A stretch of 64,000 nucleotides of DNA from Myxococcota bacterium (GTDB lineage Bacteria; Myxococcota_A; UBA9160; PR03), in contig JBFIML010000010.1 of assembly GCA_041611735.1 (NCBI GenBank), positions 1-64,000 on the forward strand. Direction: 5' to 3'. A program made the translations under genes and the position numbers. The notes under the pieces are model-generated. The model was not told where the DNA came from and made no database searches. It saw nothing but the letters and a program-made list of their open reading frames with translations. Within the stretch, counting starts at the first letter, position 1. Every line of letters begins with the position of its first letter. This document shows positions 55,928 through 64,000 of the stretch, piece by piece.

Positions 55928-57343
55928 TCAGGCCTGGGGTCCGGCCGACTGCGCACGCTGTCGCAGCGCTCGGCTCGCCGCCTCGCGCACGCGCGCGTCG
56001 CTGCCCTGGGCCGCTGCCTCCAGCACCCGATGCGCGGCTTCCCCGGGCATGTGCCCCAGCGCGGCCACGGCCGCCTCCTGGACCGCGCGCAGTCCGCCGC
56101 GCCACAGCACGCTCTTGCGCTGCAAGAGGGCGGCCAGCGCCGGCGTCGCCTCGGACCGGCCCAGGCGTCCCAGGGCGCGGAGCGTCTCCCGAGCCAGGGC
56201 CGAGCGCCGCTGGCCGACGGCATTCTCGAGCGCCGCGACCAGCGGCCGGATCGCCTCGGGCCGCCGCGTCGCACCCAGGCAGAAGGCGGCCAGGCCGGAA
56301 ACGCCCGCCACCGGGCTGTCGAGCGCCTGGGCCAGGACGCGCAGCGCGTTCCCGTCGCCGATCCGCACCAGCGCCTTGGCCGCCTCGCGGCGCAGCTCCT
56401 CGTCGGGGCTGGTCAGGAGCCGACCCAGGGCCGGCACGGCCAGCGGGTTCTGACTCTCGCCAGCCAGCCGCGCAGCCAGGCGCCTCCGGCAGGGCGAGCC
56501 CTTCTCGAGGGCGCGCACCAGCTCGGGGCCCGCTGCGCTCATGGCGATCAGGATCCCCGACAACTGTCCGCGTCCTTCGGCGTCCGTCTCTTCCTGGAGC
56601 CGATCGAGCAGGGGGCGCACCGCCTCCTCGCCGATCAACAGCAGGAGCTGGGCGGCGCGCACGCTCTCGGCGCTGCCTGGGACGCGGGCGCGATCGATCA
56701 GGTCCTCGAATACCGCCGCTTCGGCGGCCATGCGGCGCACGGCCTGGTGCGCCACCGCCCGCTGCGCCGAGGAGCGCCTGGTTCCCTTTCCGGCATGCAC
56801 CGACAGCACCAGAAGGGCGCGATAGGCCTCGTCCGATGCGCCGCTGCGGGCCAAGGCGAGGGCCTGATCGGTCACCGCAGCGGCCAGGTCCGGATAGCGG
56901 GCGTCGTCGCCGCAGTCCTCTAGCTCGCGCAGCCGGGTCAGGAACTCCGAGACCGCCCCGGTAGACGTTGCGGCCGGAGGCTCGGCCCCGCTGGAGGCCA
57001 GCTGCGCCGCGAGCTCCCGCAAGGCGGCCGGCTCCAGGTCCGGGTCGAAGCGCAGGCGATGCAGGCCCCGGGCCGCGAACTCCCGGGCCAGCTCATCCAG
57101 GCGGCCGCGCCCCACCGCCGCATCCGAGCCGCCCAGCCAGAAGGCGCCGCGTCGCACCTCCAGCTCGAGGGGGCCATTGCGCGCGAGCTCCGCCTGCCAG
57201 GCTTGGAAGCTCCGATCCAGCAGCTCGTCCCGGGTCGGATCCCCCTCGGGGTAGTACTGGAGGCCGCGCACGGCCCGCCCGAGCTCCACCAGCAGCGTGG
57301 AGACGTCAGCCGGCGTCCGGGGCGTCGGGGGACCTTGGGACAT
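55928..57343 (-). CDS. HEAT-repeat domain protein
   Basis: Repeated units of the type AVPALGRLL...LRREAAKAL..IG across the C-terminal half. Confidence 0.8.
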   Translation of the reverse strand: MSQGPPTPRTPADVSTLLVELGRAVRGLQYYPEGDPTRDELLDRSFQAWQAELARNGPLELEVRRGAFWLGGSDAAVGRGRLDELAREFAARGLHRLRFDPDLEPAALRELAAQLASSGAEPPAATSTGAVSEFLTRLRELEDCGDDARYPDLAAAVTDQALALARSGASDEAYRALLVLSVHAGKGTRRSSAQRAVAHQAVRRMAAEAAVFEDLIDRARVPGSAESVRAAQLLLLIGEEAVRPLLDRLQEETDAEGRGQLSGILIAMSAAGPELVRALEKGSPCRRRLAARLAGESQNPLAVPALGRLLTSPDEELRREAAKALVRIGDGNALRVLAQALDSPVAGVSGLAAFCLGATRRPEAIRPLVAALENAVGQRRSALARETLRALGRLGRSEATPALAALLQRKSVLWRGGLRAVQEAAVAALGHMPGEAAHRVLEAAAQGSDARVREAASRALRQRAQSAGPQA

Positions 57344-57352
57344 CGGTCCCGG

Positions 57353-57378
57353 ATCGGCTCGCGCGTCTCCTGCCTTGA
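57353..57378 (-). promoter_or_regulatory. sigma28-like promoter candidate for the HEAT protein
   Basis: Minus strand TCAAG-N15-GCCGAT ending 9 nt before the ATG. Confidence 0.5.
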
Positions 57379-57406
57379 AAAAGGGGAGCGACGCCTCGAC
57401 GACCCG

Positions 57407-58000
57407 GTGGCCAGGGGGCTACTGTCCCGGCAACGCCCGGCTTCCCCCCGTCGAGGCGCGAACCCATCCTCCGCGGTCCCGAGCGGAGCCGTCATCTCGA
57501 AGCCTGGATCCAGGGCCACGCGTTCGTTCGCCCTCGCCCTCGCCACCGCGGGGGGCGCGGGGCTGGCTCCGATCGCCCCGGGCACGGTGGGGTCGGCGGT
57601 GGGCGTCGTGCTCTTCTGGCCCCTGGCCGCGCTACCGGCTCCGCTCTACGCCCTGACCGTCGCCACCCTCGCCTTCCTCGGGGTCTGGGCGGCGGACCAG
57701 GCGGAGCGCGCCTTCGGCCGCCGCGACGACGGACGCATCGTGATCGACGAAGTGGCGGGGCAGCTGATCGCCCTCTCGCCGCTGGTCTTCCTGGCACGGC
57801 CCCTCGCTTGGCCCTCGGTCGTGACCGCATTCGTCCTGTTCCGGGTGTTCGATGTGTGGAAGCCGGGCCCCGTGCGCTGGGCGGAGCGGGGCGCCGCGGG
57901 CGGGGTGGGCGTGATGCTCGACGACGTGGTGGCGGGGGTCCTGGCGGCCGGGACGCTGGTGGTGCTCCTCGTGCTGCTGCCCGAATACGGGGTCGCATGA
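57407..58000 (+). CDS. pgpA: Phosphatidylglycerophosphatase A
   Basis: APGTVGS, DDGRIVIDEVAG, FRVFDVWKP and GVMLDDVVAG motifs. Start uncertain. Confidence 0.9.
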   Translation: MARGLLSRQRPASPRRGANPSSAVPSGAVISKPGSRATRSFALALATAGGAGLAPIAPGTVGSAVGVVLFWPLAALPAPLYALTVATLAFLGVWAADQAERAFGRRDDGRIVIDEVAGQLIALSPLVFLARPLAWPSVVTAFVLFRVFDVWKPGPVRWAERGAAGGVGVMLDDVVAGVLAAGTLVVLLVLLPEYGVA

Positions 58001-59274
58001 AGGCGGAGATCCTGACGGTCGGCGACGAGATCCTGCGTGGGGAGATCCTCGACTCGAACAAGGCACTGGTCTCGGAGCGGCTGCTCGCCCTGGACGTGGA
58101 GACCGATTTCCACACCTCGGTACGCGACGACCGGGCGCACCTGGCCGACGCCCTGCGGCGTGCCACGTCGCGCAGCGACGTGGTGATCGTCTCCGGCGGT
58201 CTCGGCCCGACCCGCGACGACCTGACCATCGCGGTGCTGGCGGAGACCTTCGAGCGCAAGCTCGTGCTGCACGAGCCCTCGCTCCAGGCGATCCGCGTCT
58301 TCTTCGCACGCCTGGGCCGCCAGATGGCCGAGAACAACGCCAAGCAGGCCCGCTTTCCCGAGGGCGCCGAGGTGTTGCCGAACCCGATCGGGACCGCACC
58401 GGGCTGCCTGCTCGAGGTGGAAGGCACGCTCTGCTTCTGCTTGCCGGGCGTGCCCCGCGAGCTCGAGCGCATGCTGGACGAGCAGGTGCTGCCGCGTCTC
58501 GCCGCTCGCCGCGGCACCGGCGGGGTCGTGCGCGCCACGCTGCTGCGCACCTTCGGGATCGGCGAGTCGGACCTGGACGCTCGTCTACACGACGTGGGTC
58601 TCGAGCCGGGCGTCACCCTCGGCTTCCGCACCAAGTTCCCCGACAACCTGCTGCGTCCCGTGGTGCGGGCCGCGAATGGCGCCGAGGCGGATGCGAGGCT
58701 CGCGCGCGTGGTGGCCGTCCTGCGCGAGCGTCTCGGTCCCCTGGTCTACGGAGAGGGGGAGACGGAGACGCTCGAGGCGGTGGTGGGACGGCTGCTGCGC
58801 GAGCAGGGGCGCACTCTCGCGGTGGCCGAGTCGTGCACGGGAGGGCTCCTGGCCGAGCGCATCACGGCGGTGCCCGGAGCCTCGGACTATTTCCGGGGTG
58901 GCGTCGTCGCCTATTCGAACGCGGCGAAGACGGCGCTGCTCGGCGTCCCGGCGGAGCTCCTGGAGGGCCACGGTGCCGTCTCCGGGCCGGTGGCGCGCGC
59001 CATGGCCGAGGGGGCGTGCGCACGCTTCGGCGCCGACCTGGCGGTGGCGACCACGGGCATCTCGGGGCCTGGTGGCGGCACGCAGACCAAGCCCGTGGGC
59101 CTCGTCCATCTGGCCCTTGCGCGTAGAGACGCGAGCGACGCGGTCGAGCTGAACATGCCTCTCGATCGGCAGCGCCATCGCGCCCTCACCACCCAGATCG
59201 GCCTGGACTGGCTGCGGCGCACGCTGCTCGGCGTCCCGCTCGAGCTGCCGCGCCTCGGACGGAGAGAGAAGTGA
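57997..59274 (+). CDS. cinA: CinA (MoCF-like domain plus PncC NMN deamidase)
   Basis: GDEIL.G..DSN, GGLGPTRDD, GTAPG, AVAESCTGG, TTGISGPGG and KPVG motifs. Confidence 0.94.
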   Translation: MKAEILTVGDEILRGEILDSNKALVSERLLALDVETDFHTSVRDDRAHLADALRRATSRSDVVIVSGGLGPTRDDLTIAVLAETFERKLVLHEPSLQAIRVFFARLGRQMAENNAKQARFPEGAEVLPNPIGTAPGCLLEVEGTLCFCLPGVPRELERMLDEQVLPRLAARRGTGGVVRATLLRTFGIGESDLDARLHDVGLEPGVTLGFRTKFPDNLLRPVVRAANGAEADARLARVVAVLRERLGPLVYGEGETETLEAVVGRLLREQGRTLAVAESCTGGLLAERITAVPGASDYFRGGVVAYSNAAKTALLGVPAELLEGHGAVSGPVARAMAEGACARFGADLAVATTGISGPGGGTQTKPVGLVHLALARRDASDAVELNMPLDRQRHRALTTQIGLDWLRRTLLGVPLELPRLGRREK

Positions 59275-59275
59275 C

Positions 59276-59848
59276 GTGGCGGAGCAAGGTCGAAGCCTCC
59301 GCGCCTTCTTCGCGGTGGAGCTCGGCGAGGCGGCACGCCGCGAGGCCGCCGTCCTGGTCCGGCGGCTCGCCCAGCGAGCGGGCGGGGACGGCGTGCGCTG
59401 GGTGCGGCCGGAGGCCTTCCACGTGACGCTGCGCTTCCTCGGCGCCGTGGCGGAGGACCGCGTGCCGCGGGTGGTCCGGGAGGTGCGCGCCGCGACCGCC
59501 CACGTGGCGGGCTTCGCGCTGCGACTCGGCGCCCTGCACGCCTTCCCCTCGCTGCGCCGTGCCCGTGTGGTGGTGCTGGAGCTCGCGCCCCACGAGCCCC
59601 TGGTGGCGCTGGCGGCGGCCGTGGAGGCGGGCGTCGTCGCGGCCGGCTTCGCCCCGGAGCGGCGTCGCTACCGCGGCCACCTGACGCTCGGGCGGGTACG
59701 CACGGGCCGTCTGCCCGCCCTGGACGACCGCGTCGCCCCCTGCCCCTTCCCGGTGCGCGAGTTCAGGCTCTTCCACAGCCAGCTCTCGCCGCAGGGCTCG
59801 ATCTATACCTCCCTCGAGCGGATCCCGCTCGCAAACGCTTCCCCTTGA
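59276..59848 (+). CDS. thpR: RNA 2',3'-cyclic phosphodiesterase (2H family)
   Basis: [14 protein letters not shown] and HLTLGR motifs. Confidence 0.92.
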   Translation: MAEQGRSLRAFFAVELGEAARREAAVLVRRLAQRAGGDGVRWVRPEAFHVTLRFLGAVAEDRVPRVVREVRAATAHVAGFALRLGALHAFPSLRRARVVVLELAPHEPLVALAAAVEAGVVAAGFAPERRRYRGHLTLGRVRTGRLPALDDRVAPCPFPVREFRLFHSQLSPQGSIYTSLERIPLANASP

Positions 59849-59874
59849 ACGCAACCGAAACAGGAGAACCAGAC

Positions 59875-60960
59875 ATGGCCAACACCGACCGCAAGCCGAG
59901 CGAGCAGACCGCGACCCGGGATACCCAGAAACGCAAGGCGATCCACCTGGCCGTATCGGCCATCGAGAAGCAGTTCGGCAAGGGCGCCATCCTCACCATG
60001 AGCGAGGACGCCATCGACCGGGACATCGAGGTGATCCCGAGCGGCTCGCCCAGCCTCGACCTCGCCCTCGGCATCGGCGGCTATCCACGCGGCCGGGTGT
60101 TGGAGATCTACGGGCCCGAGTCGAGCGGAAAGACCACCCTCGCCCTGCATGCCGTGGCCGAGGCGCAGAAGCAGGGCGGCGTCGCCGCCTTCATCGACGC
60201 CGAGCACGCCCTCGACGTGGGCTACGCGCGTCGGCTCGGCGTGCACGTGGAGGACCTGCTGGTCTCCCAGCCGGACACCGGCGAACAGGCGCTCGAGATC
60301 GCCGACGTCCTGCTGCGCTCGGGGGCCGTGGACCTCGTGGTGGTGGACTCGGTGGCGGCACTCGTGCCGCGCGCGGAGATCGAGGGCGAGATGGGCGACC
60401 AGCAGCCGGGGCTGCAGGCGCGGCTCATGAGCCAGGCCATGCGCAAGCTCACGGGCACGGTGTCGAAGTCGCACGCGACGGTGATCTTCATCAACCAGCT
60501 CCGCATGAAGATCGGTGTCATGTTCGGGAACCCCGAGACCACGTCCGGCGGGAACGCGCTCAAGTTCTACTCCTCCGTGCGTCTCGACGTGCGCCGCATC
60601 GCCGCCATCAAGAACGGCGAGGAGGTGACGGGGAATCGCACCCGGGTCAAGGTGGTGAAGAACAAGTGCGCGCCGCCCTTCCGGAAGGCCGAGTTCGACA
60701 TCCTCTACAACCAGGGCATCTCGGTGGAGGGCGACCTTCTGGATCTCGCCACCGAGGACGGCATCGTGGAGAAGAGCGGTTCCTGGTACTCCTACGACGG
60801 GGAGCGCATCGGACAGGGCCGCGAGAACACGCGCCAGTTCCTGAAGGACAACCCCGACGTCTTCGGGCTCATCAGCGAGGCGGTGTACGCCAAGCGCGGT
60901 TTGAAGCGCGCGGTCCCGGTGGCGACGGGGCCCGTGGAGGCGGAGGCCGAGGAGGCGTAG
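59875..60960 (+). CDS. recA: Recombinase RecA
   Basis: [24 protein letters not shown] and [12 protein letters not shown] motifs; AGGAG RBS. Confidence 0.99.
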   Translation: MANTDRKPSEQTATRDTQKRKAIHLAVSAIEKQFGKGAILTMSEDAIDRDIEVIPSGSPSLDLALGIGGYPRGRVLEIYGPESSGKTTLALHAVAEAQKQGGVAAFIDAEHALDVGYARRLGVHVEDLLVSQPDTGEQALEIADVLLRSGAVDLVVVDSVAALVPRAEIEGEMGDQQPGLQARLMSQAMRKLTGTVSKSHATVIFINQLRMKIGVMFGNPETTSGGNALKFYSSVRLDVRRIAAIKNGEEVTGNRTRVKVVKNKCAPPFRKAEFDILYNQGISVEGDLLDLATEDGIVEKSGSWYSYDGERIGQGRENTRQFLKDNPDVFGLISEAVYAKRGLKRAVPVATGPVEAEAEEA

Positions 60961-60982
60961 GCGTCGACGAGCCGCGACGGAG

Positions 60983-62455
60983 CTAGAGCGGCTCCCAGCC
61001 GCTGGCGGCCGGAGCCGGGGAGACCGAGGTGGCTGCCCCGGCGGCCGTCACCTGGACGCGCGCCAGAGGGGTGGTCAGCGGGAAGGCCGGCACGGCGAGA
61101 GTGCGGGGGGCGCCCTCCGCGTCCCGGGTCGTGAGGCGGGTCTCCGCTCGTGGGTTGATCCAGAGCGTGAACGCGGCCCGCGGGTCGAGGCCGGCCTCCA
61201 CCAGGCGCTGCTCCAGCTCCGCCGCGTACTCCCCCATCGCGCTGCGCAGCACGAAGGCCGGCACGCGTCGGCTCTCCCGGCAGGTCCCGACGGCGCGCGC
61301 GCGGTCCAAGCGCTTCCACGAGCCCGCTGCCAGGTCCAGCCGCACGGCGCGGCAGCCGCCTTCCAGCCAGCGCAGGTCCAGGGCGGCCGATCCGTCGGCC
61401 GTGATGCGCTCCTGGGGGCGGCCGAAGCGGCCTCCCAGAGAGCAGGCCTCGCCCGGCAACGGCAGGGAGCGGGAGGTGTGGTCCGGCTCCACCACGCGCA
61501 GCCACTCCCGGACCCCTCCGGTCTCCGCATCCGCGCGTCGCAGCAGGACGAACGTGCGGTCTGCCCAGCGCAAGGCCAGCTGGTCGTTGCGGTCGGCGGC
61601 GTCCGGGGCGGGCCGTTCCGGCGAGGCGGTGGGATCGAGCGCCGCGGGCAGCGCCTCGTCCCCGGGACGCCAGAGCACCTCGAGCGGGCTCCCAGGCACG
61701 ATCTCCCGGGGACCCGGTGCCGTGGCGAGGACCAGCGCGCCGGTGGCCGTCCAGGCGAGACGGCGGCCCCGGAGTTCGCTGGTCCGGGCCACCAGCACCG
61801 GCCGGGACCGCTCCGGGCCGAGGCTTGCGAGCCGCACCGCCACGCCTGCCGCCCCTCGCTCGGTCCAGGCCGCGTGACGCCCGTCGGGAGCGAGACTCAG
61901 GTCGAGGACGGGCCCCTGGCAGTTCGCCCCGAAGCCGAGGGTGGCCCGGGCGGTCAGGACGCCGTCGGGAAGGCCCTCTCCGTGGCCAGGCGCTCCGGCG
62001 CTGGCGGTGGGGGTGCCCGCCCCCGGCTCCTCCGGCCGGCAAGAGCCCCTACGGTCCTCGGCGTCGAAGGCCGGCACCAGGGCGATGCGCAGCGGGCGTC
62101 GGGGCTCCAAGACCCGCGGCGGGGAGCAGCGGTAGCCCTCCGCGGAGACCGCCACCACCCGGGTCTCCGTCACGAGCCAGGGCCAGAGCGTGAGACTCGG
62201 GCGCAGCCGGGTCTCGACCCGGAAGCGGCCCGCCGCGTCGCTGTCGGCCTTCCCCTCCCCGAGGATCCGACGCTCGGGCAGCACCTGGTCGTAGCGTCCC
62301 TCATGGCGGACGTGGACCTGGGCCCGCGCCACGGGGCGGCCCGTCCGGGCATCCACCACCACCCCGGAGATCGGGGGGACGACGCGTGCCGGCAGGGGGG
62401 CGCAGGCGAGCAGCAGCCCCCCGGCGAGGCTCCGGAGAACGAGGGTCTTCGTCAT
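60983..62455 (-). CDS. Hypothetical lipoprotein with a carboxypeptidase-regulatory-like N-terminal domain
   Basis: Lipobox LLAC; ISGVVVDARTGRPVARAQV and SDAAGRF; beta-propeller-like LSLAPDGRHAAW. Confidence 0.7.
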   Translation of the reverse strand: MTKTLVLRSLAGGLLLACAPLPARVVPPISGVVVDARTGRPVARAQVHVRHEGRYDQVLPERRILGEGKADSDAAGRFRVETRLRPSLTLWPWLVTETRVVAVSAEGYRCSPPRVLEPRRPLRIALVPAFDAEDRRGSCRPEEPGAGTPTASAGAPGHGEGLPDGVLTARATLGFGANCQGPVLDLSLAPDGRHAAWTERGAAGVAVRLASLGPERSRPVLVARTSELRGRRLAWTATGALVLATAPGPREIVPGSPLEVLWRPGDEALPAALDPTASPERPAPDAADRNDQLALRWADRTFVLLRRADAETGGVREWLRVVEPDHTSRSLPLPGEACSLGGRFGRPQERITADGSAALDLRWLEGGCRAVRLDLAAGSWKRLDRARAVGTCRESRRVPAFVLRSAMGEYAAELEQRLVEAGLDPRAAFTLWINPRAETRLTTRDAEGAPRTLAVPAFPLTTPLARVQVTAAGAATSVSPAPAASGWEPL

Positions 62456-62559
62456 CCCGGCTTTCCCGGAGAGTGGTTTCGGCCGGTGGCGGCCGAAACC
62501 TGAGCCCCCCCGCCGGTCCCGGCCGGGCTCCTGCCGCCCCGGCGCGACGGGCCGGCGGC

Positions 62560-62585
62560 TCAAGGCAGGGGCCCATCCGGTCGAA
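62560..62585 (+). promoter_or_regulatory. sigma28-like promoter candidate for pilT
   Basis: TCAAG-N15-GTCGAA; shares TCAAGGCAGG with the HEAT-gene motif. Confidence 0.45.
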
Positions 62586-62632
62586 AGAACCTCCGGGCGC
62601 AACGCCTTGCGCCCGGAGGGTCCCGCACCGCC

Positions 62633-63805
62633 ATGGCGGAGTTGAACGAGGTCCTGAAGATTGCGTTGAAGGGCGGCGCCTCGGACATCCACATCAAGTC
62701 CGGGCTGCCGCCCATGTTCCGGGTCGATGGCGCGCTCGTCCCGCTGAAGAACGCCGAGCGCCTGCTTCCGGACCAGGTCGAGACCATGGCCCTCTCGATC
62801 ATGAACCCGGTGCAGAAGGCGCGCTTCGAGGAGTCCCGGGAATGTGATCTCGCCTACGGGATCCCGGGCCTCGGCCGCTTCCGCGTCAACGTGTTCCAGC
62901 AGCGCGGCACCATCGGCGTCGTCTTCCGGGTGATCCCCTTCGGCGTGAAGACCATCGAGCAGCTCTTCCTGCCCAAGGTGGTCGAGAACGTCGCCATGGA
63001 GCAGCGGGGTCTGATCCTGGTCACCGGCACCACCGGGTCCGGCAAGTCGACGACGCTGGCGGCGATGATCGATCACATCAACTCGAACCGGACCTGCCAC
63101 ATCATGACGATCGAGGATCCAATCGAGTTCCTGATCCGCGATCGTCGATCGCTGGTGAACCAGCGCGAGATCGGCGTCGATACCCAGAGCTTCGCTGCCG
63201 CCTTGCGCGCGGCCTTGCGCCAGGATCCCGACGTCATCCTGGTGGGCGAGATGCGCGACTTCGAGACCATCGAGACGGCCCTCACCGCCGCCGAGACCGG
63301 CCACCTGGTGATGAGCACGCTCCATACACTCGACGCGACGGAGACCATCAACCGCATCATCTCCGTGTTTCCGCCGTACCAGCAGAAGCAGGTGCGACTG
63401 CAGCTCGCCTCGATCCTGAAGGCCGTGATCTCCCAACGGTTGGTGCCGCGGGCGGATGGAAAGGGTCGCGTCCCGGCGCTCGAAGTGCTGGTCTCTACGG
63501 CCCGGGTGCGCGAGTGCATTGGTGACAAGGACCGCACCAAGGAGATCCCGGACGCGATCGCCAAGGGCTACACGACCTACGGCATGCAGAGTTTCGACCA
63601 GTCGCTCATGCAGCTCGTGAAGGGAAACCTCGTCACCTACGACGAGGCCTTGAAGCACGTCTCCAACGCAGACGACTTCGCGCTGCGCTTCCGCGGCGTG
63701 GCCTCCACCTCCGATGGCACCTGGGACGACTTCGAGAAGGAGGAGGAGCCGGCCAAGCCTGCCGCCCAGGCCGCCGCCCCCCCCATCGACATCGAACGCT
63801 TCTGA
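62633..63805 (+). CDS. pilT: Type IV pilus retraction ATPase PilT family
   Basis: ASDIH, RFRVNVF.QRG, GTTGSGKST, TIEDPIE, ALRQDPDVILVGEMRD, AETGHLV.STLHT and GMQSFD motifs. Confidence 0.94.
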   Translation: MAELNEVLKIALKGGASDIHIKSGLPPMFRVDGALVPLKNAERLLPDQVETMALSIMNPVQKARFEESRECDLAYGIPGLGRFRVNVFQQRGTIGVVFRVIPFGVKTIEQLFLPKVVENVAMEQRGLILVTGTTGSGKSTTLAAMIDHINSNRTCHIMTIEDPIEFLIRDRRSLVNQREIGVDTQSFAAALRAALRQDPDVILVGEMRDFETIETALTAAETGHLVMSTLHTLDATETINRIISVFPPYQQKQVRLQLASILKAVISQRLVPRADGKGRVPALEVLVSTARVRECIGDKDRTKEIPDAIAKGYTTYGMQSFDQSLMQLVKGNLVTYDEALKHVSNADDFALRFRGVASTSDGTWDDFEKEEEPAKPAAQAAAPPIDIERF

Positions 63806-63806
63806 C

Positions 63807-63824
63807 GGGGACGTTCTCGACTGA
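63807..63824 (+). repeat. Solo copy of the dispersed repeat immediately after the pilT stop
   Basis: GGGGACGTTCTCGACTGA is an 18/18 match to the reverse complement of 15019-15036. Confidence 0.7.
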
Positions 63825-63908
63825 CGCACCTGGCTCGGTCGGGGTTCACGGGATGGCCCTCTAGTCGACAGCGTCCCCCCTCCGCTATTCTCGCCTGCCG
63901 AGAGTTCC

Positions 63909-64000
63909 ATGTCCCTCTCCGCCCGCGAGATCCGCGCCAACTTCCTGCGCTTCTTCCAGGAGCGGGGTCACACCGTGGTGCCGAGCGCGGGCCTCGTGCC
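63909..64000 (+). CDS. alaS: Alanine--tRNA ligase (5' fragment, runs off the window)
   Basis: MSLSAREIRANFLRFFQERGHTVVPSAGLV, the typical AlaRS N-terminus. Confidence 0.9.
   Translation, partial: MSLSAREIRANFLRFFQERGHTVVPSAGLV

Noticed and set aside
59847-59861. LexA box (GAAC-N7-AAAC) upstream of recA
   Set aside because: Imperfect match, the LexA motif of this lineage is unknown, and I saw no second copy before ssb or radC.
1-64000. Many long overlapping ORFs in the track (for example 24874-27768 minus, 45681-49193 minus, 41568-44357 minus, 9298-11082 plus)
   Set aside because: They are antisense or shifted shadows of recognisable genes, expected in high-GC DNA where stops are rare, and carry no family motifs.
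1-64000. tRNA, rRNA, CRISPR array, integrase or transposase
   Set aside because: None recognised by eye; no regularly spaced repeat-spacer array. A covariance-model scan was not possible.

Overview
High-GC chromosomal window from a diderm bacterium. lgt, lolA, a PEP-CTERM protein, a TIGR02266-type PilZ protein and cinA-thpR-recA...pilT-alaS synteny suggest a Myxococcota/deltaproteobacterial lineage; this is an inference and no taxonomy search was run. Most genes are housekeeping or lipid/redox functions (nrdJ, ETF-QO, ssb, plsC, ftsK, lolA, mreB, mltG, yqgF, pgpA, cinA, recA, pilT, start of alaS). The main finding is a complete Pup-proteasome operon (arc-dop-pup-prcB-prcA-pafA, 45600-52183), best known from Actinobacteria and Nitrospirota. 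It is preceded by a correctly spaced sigma54-type -24/-12 motif and followed by a translationally coupled, uncharacterised single-TM coiled-coil gene instead of pafBC. Other notable signals: (i) a lower-GC cassette (about 480-6900) with a LolA-like protein, sensor kinase and MMPL exporter, plus a catalytically degenerate NtrC-like regulator, next to a frameshifted gene remnant; (ii) a 22-24 bp dispersed repeat found as an inverted pair and as solo copies at gene 3' ends; (iii) four identically spaced TCAA(G/T)-N15-(G/C)NCGA(T/A) sigma28-like motifs ahead of PilZ, an orphan mreB, a HEAT protein and pilT; (iv) NrdR-box-like sites upstream of nrdJ. I found no rRNA, tRNA, CRISPR array, transposase or integrase by eye. 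All functional calls rest on motif recognition, and several start codons were chosen by inspection.
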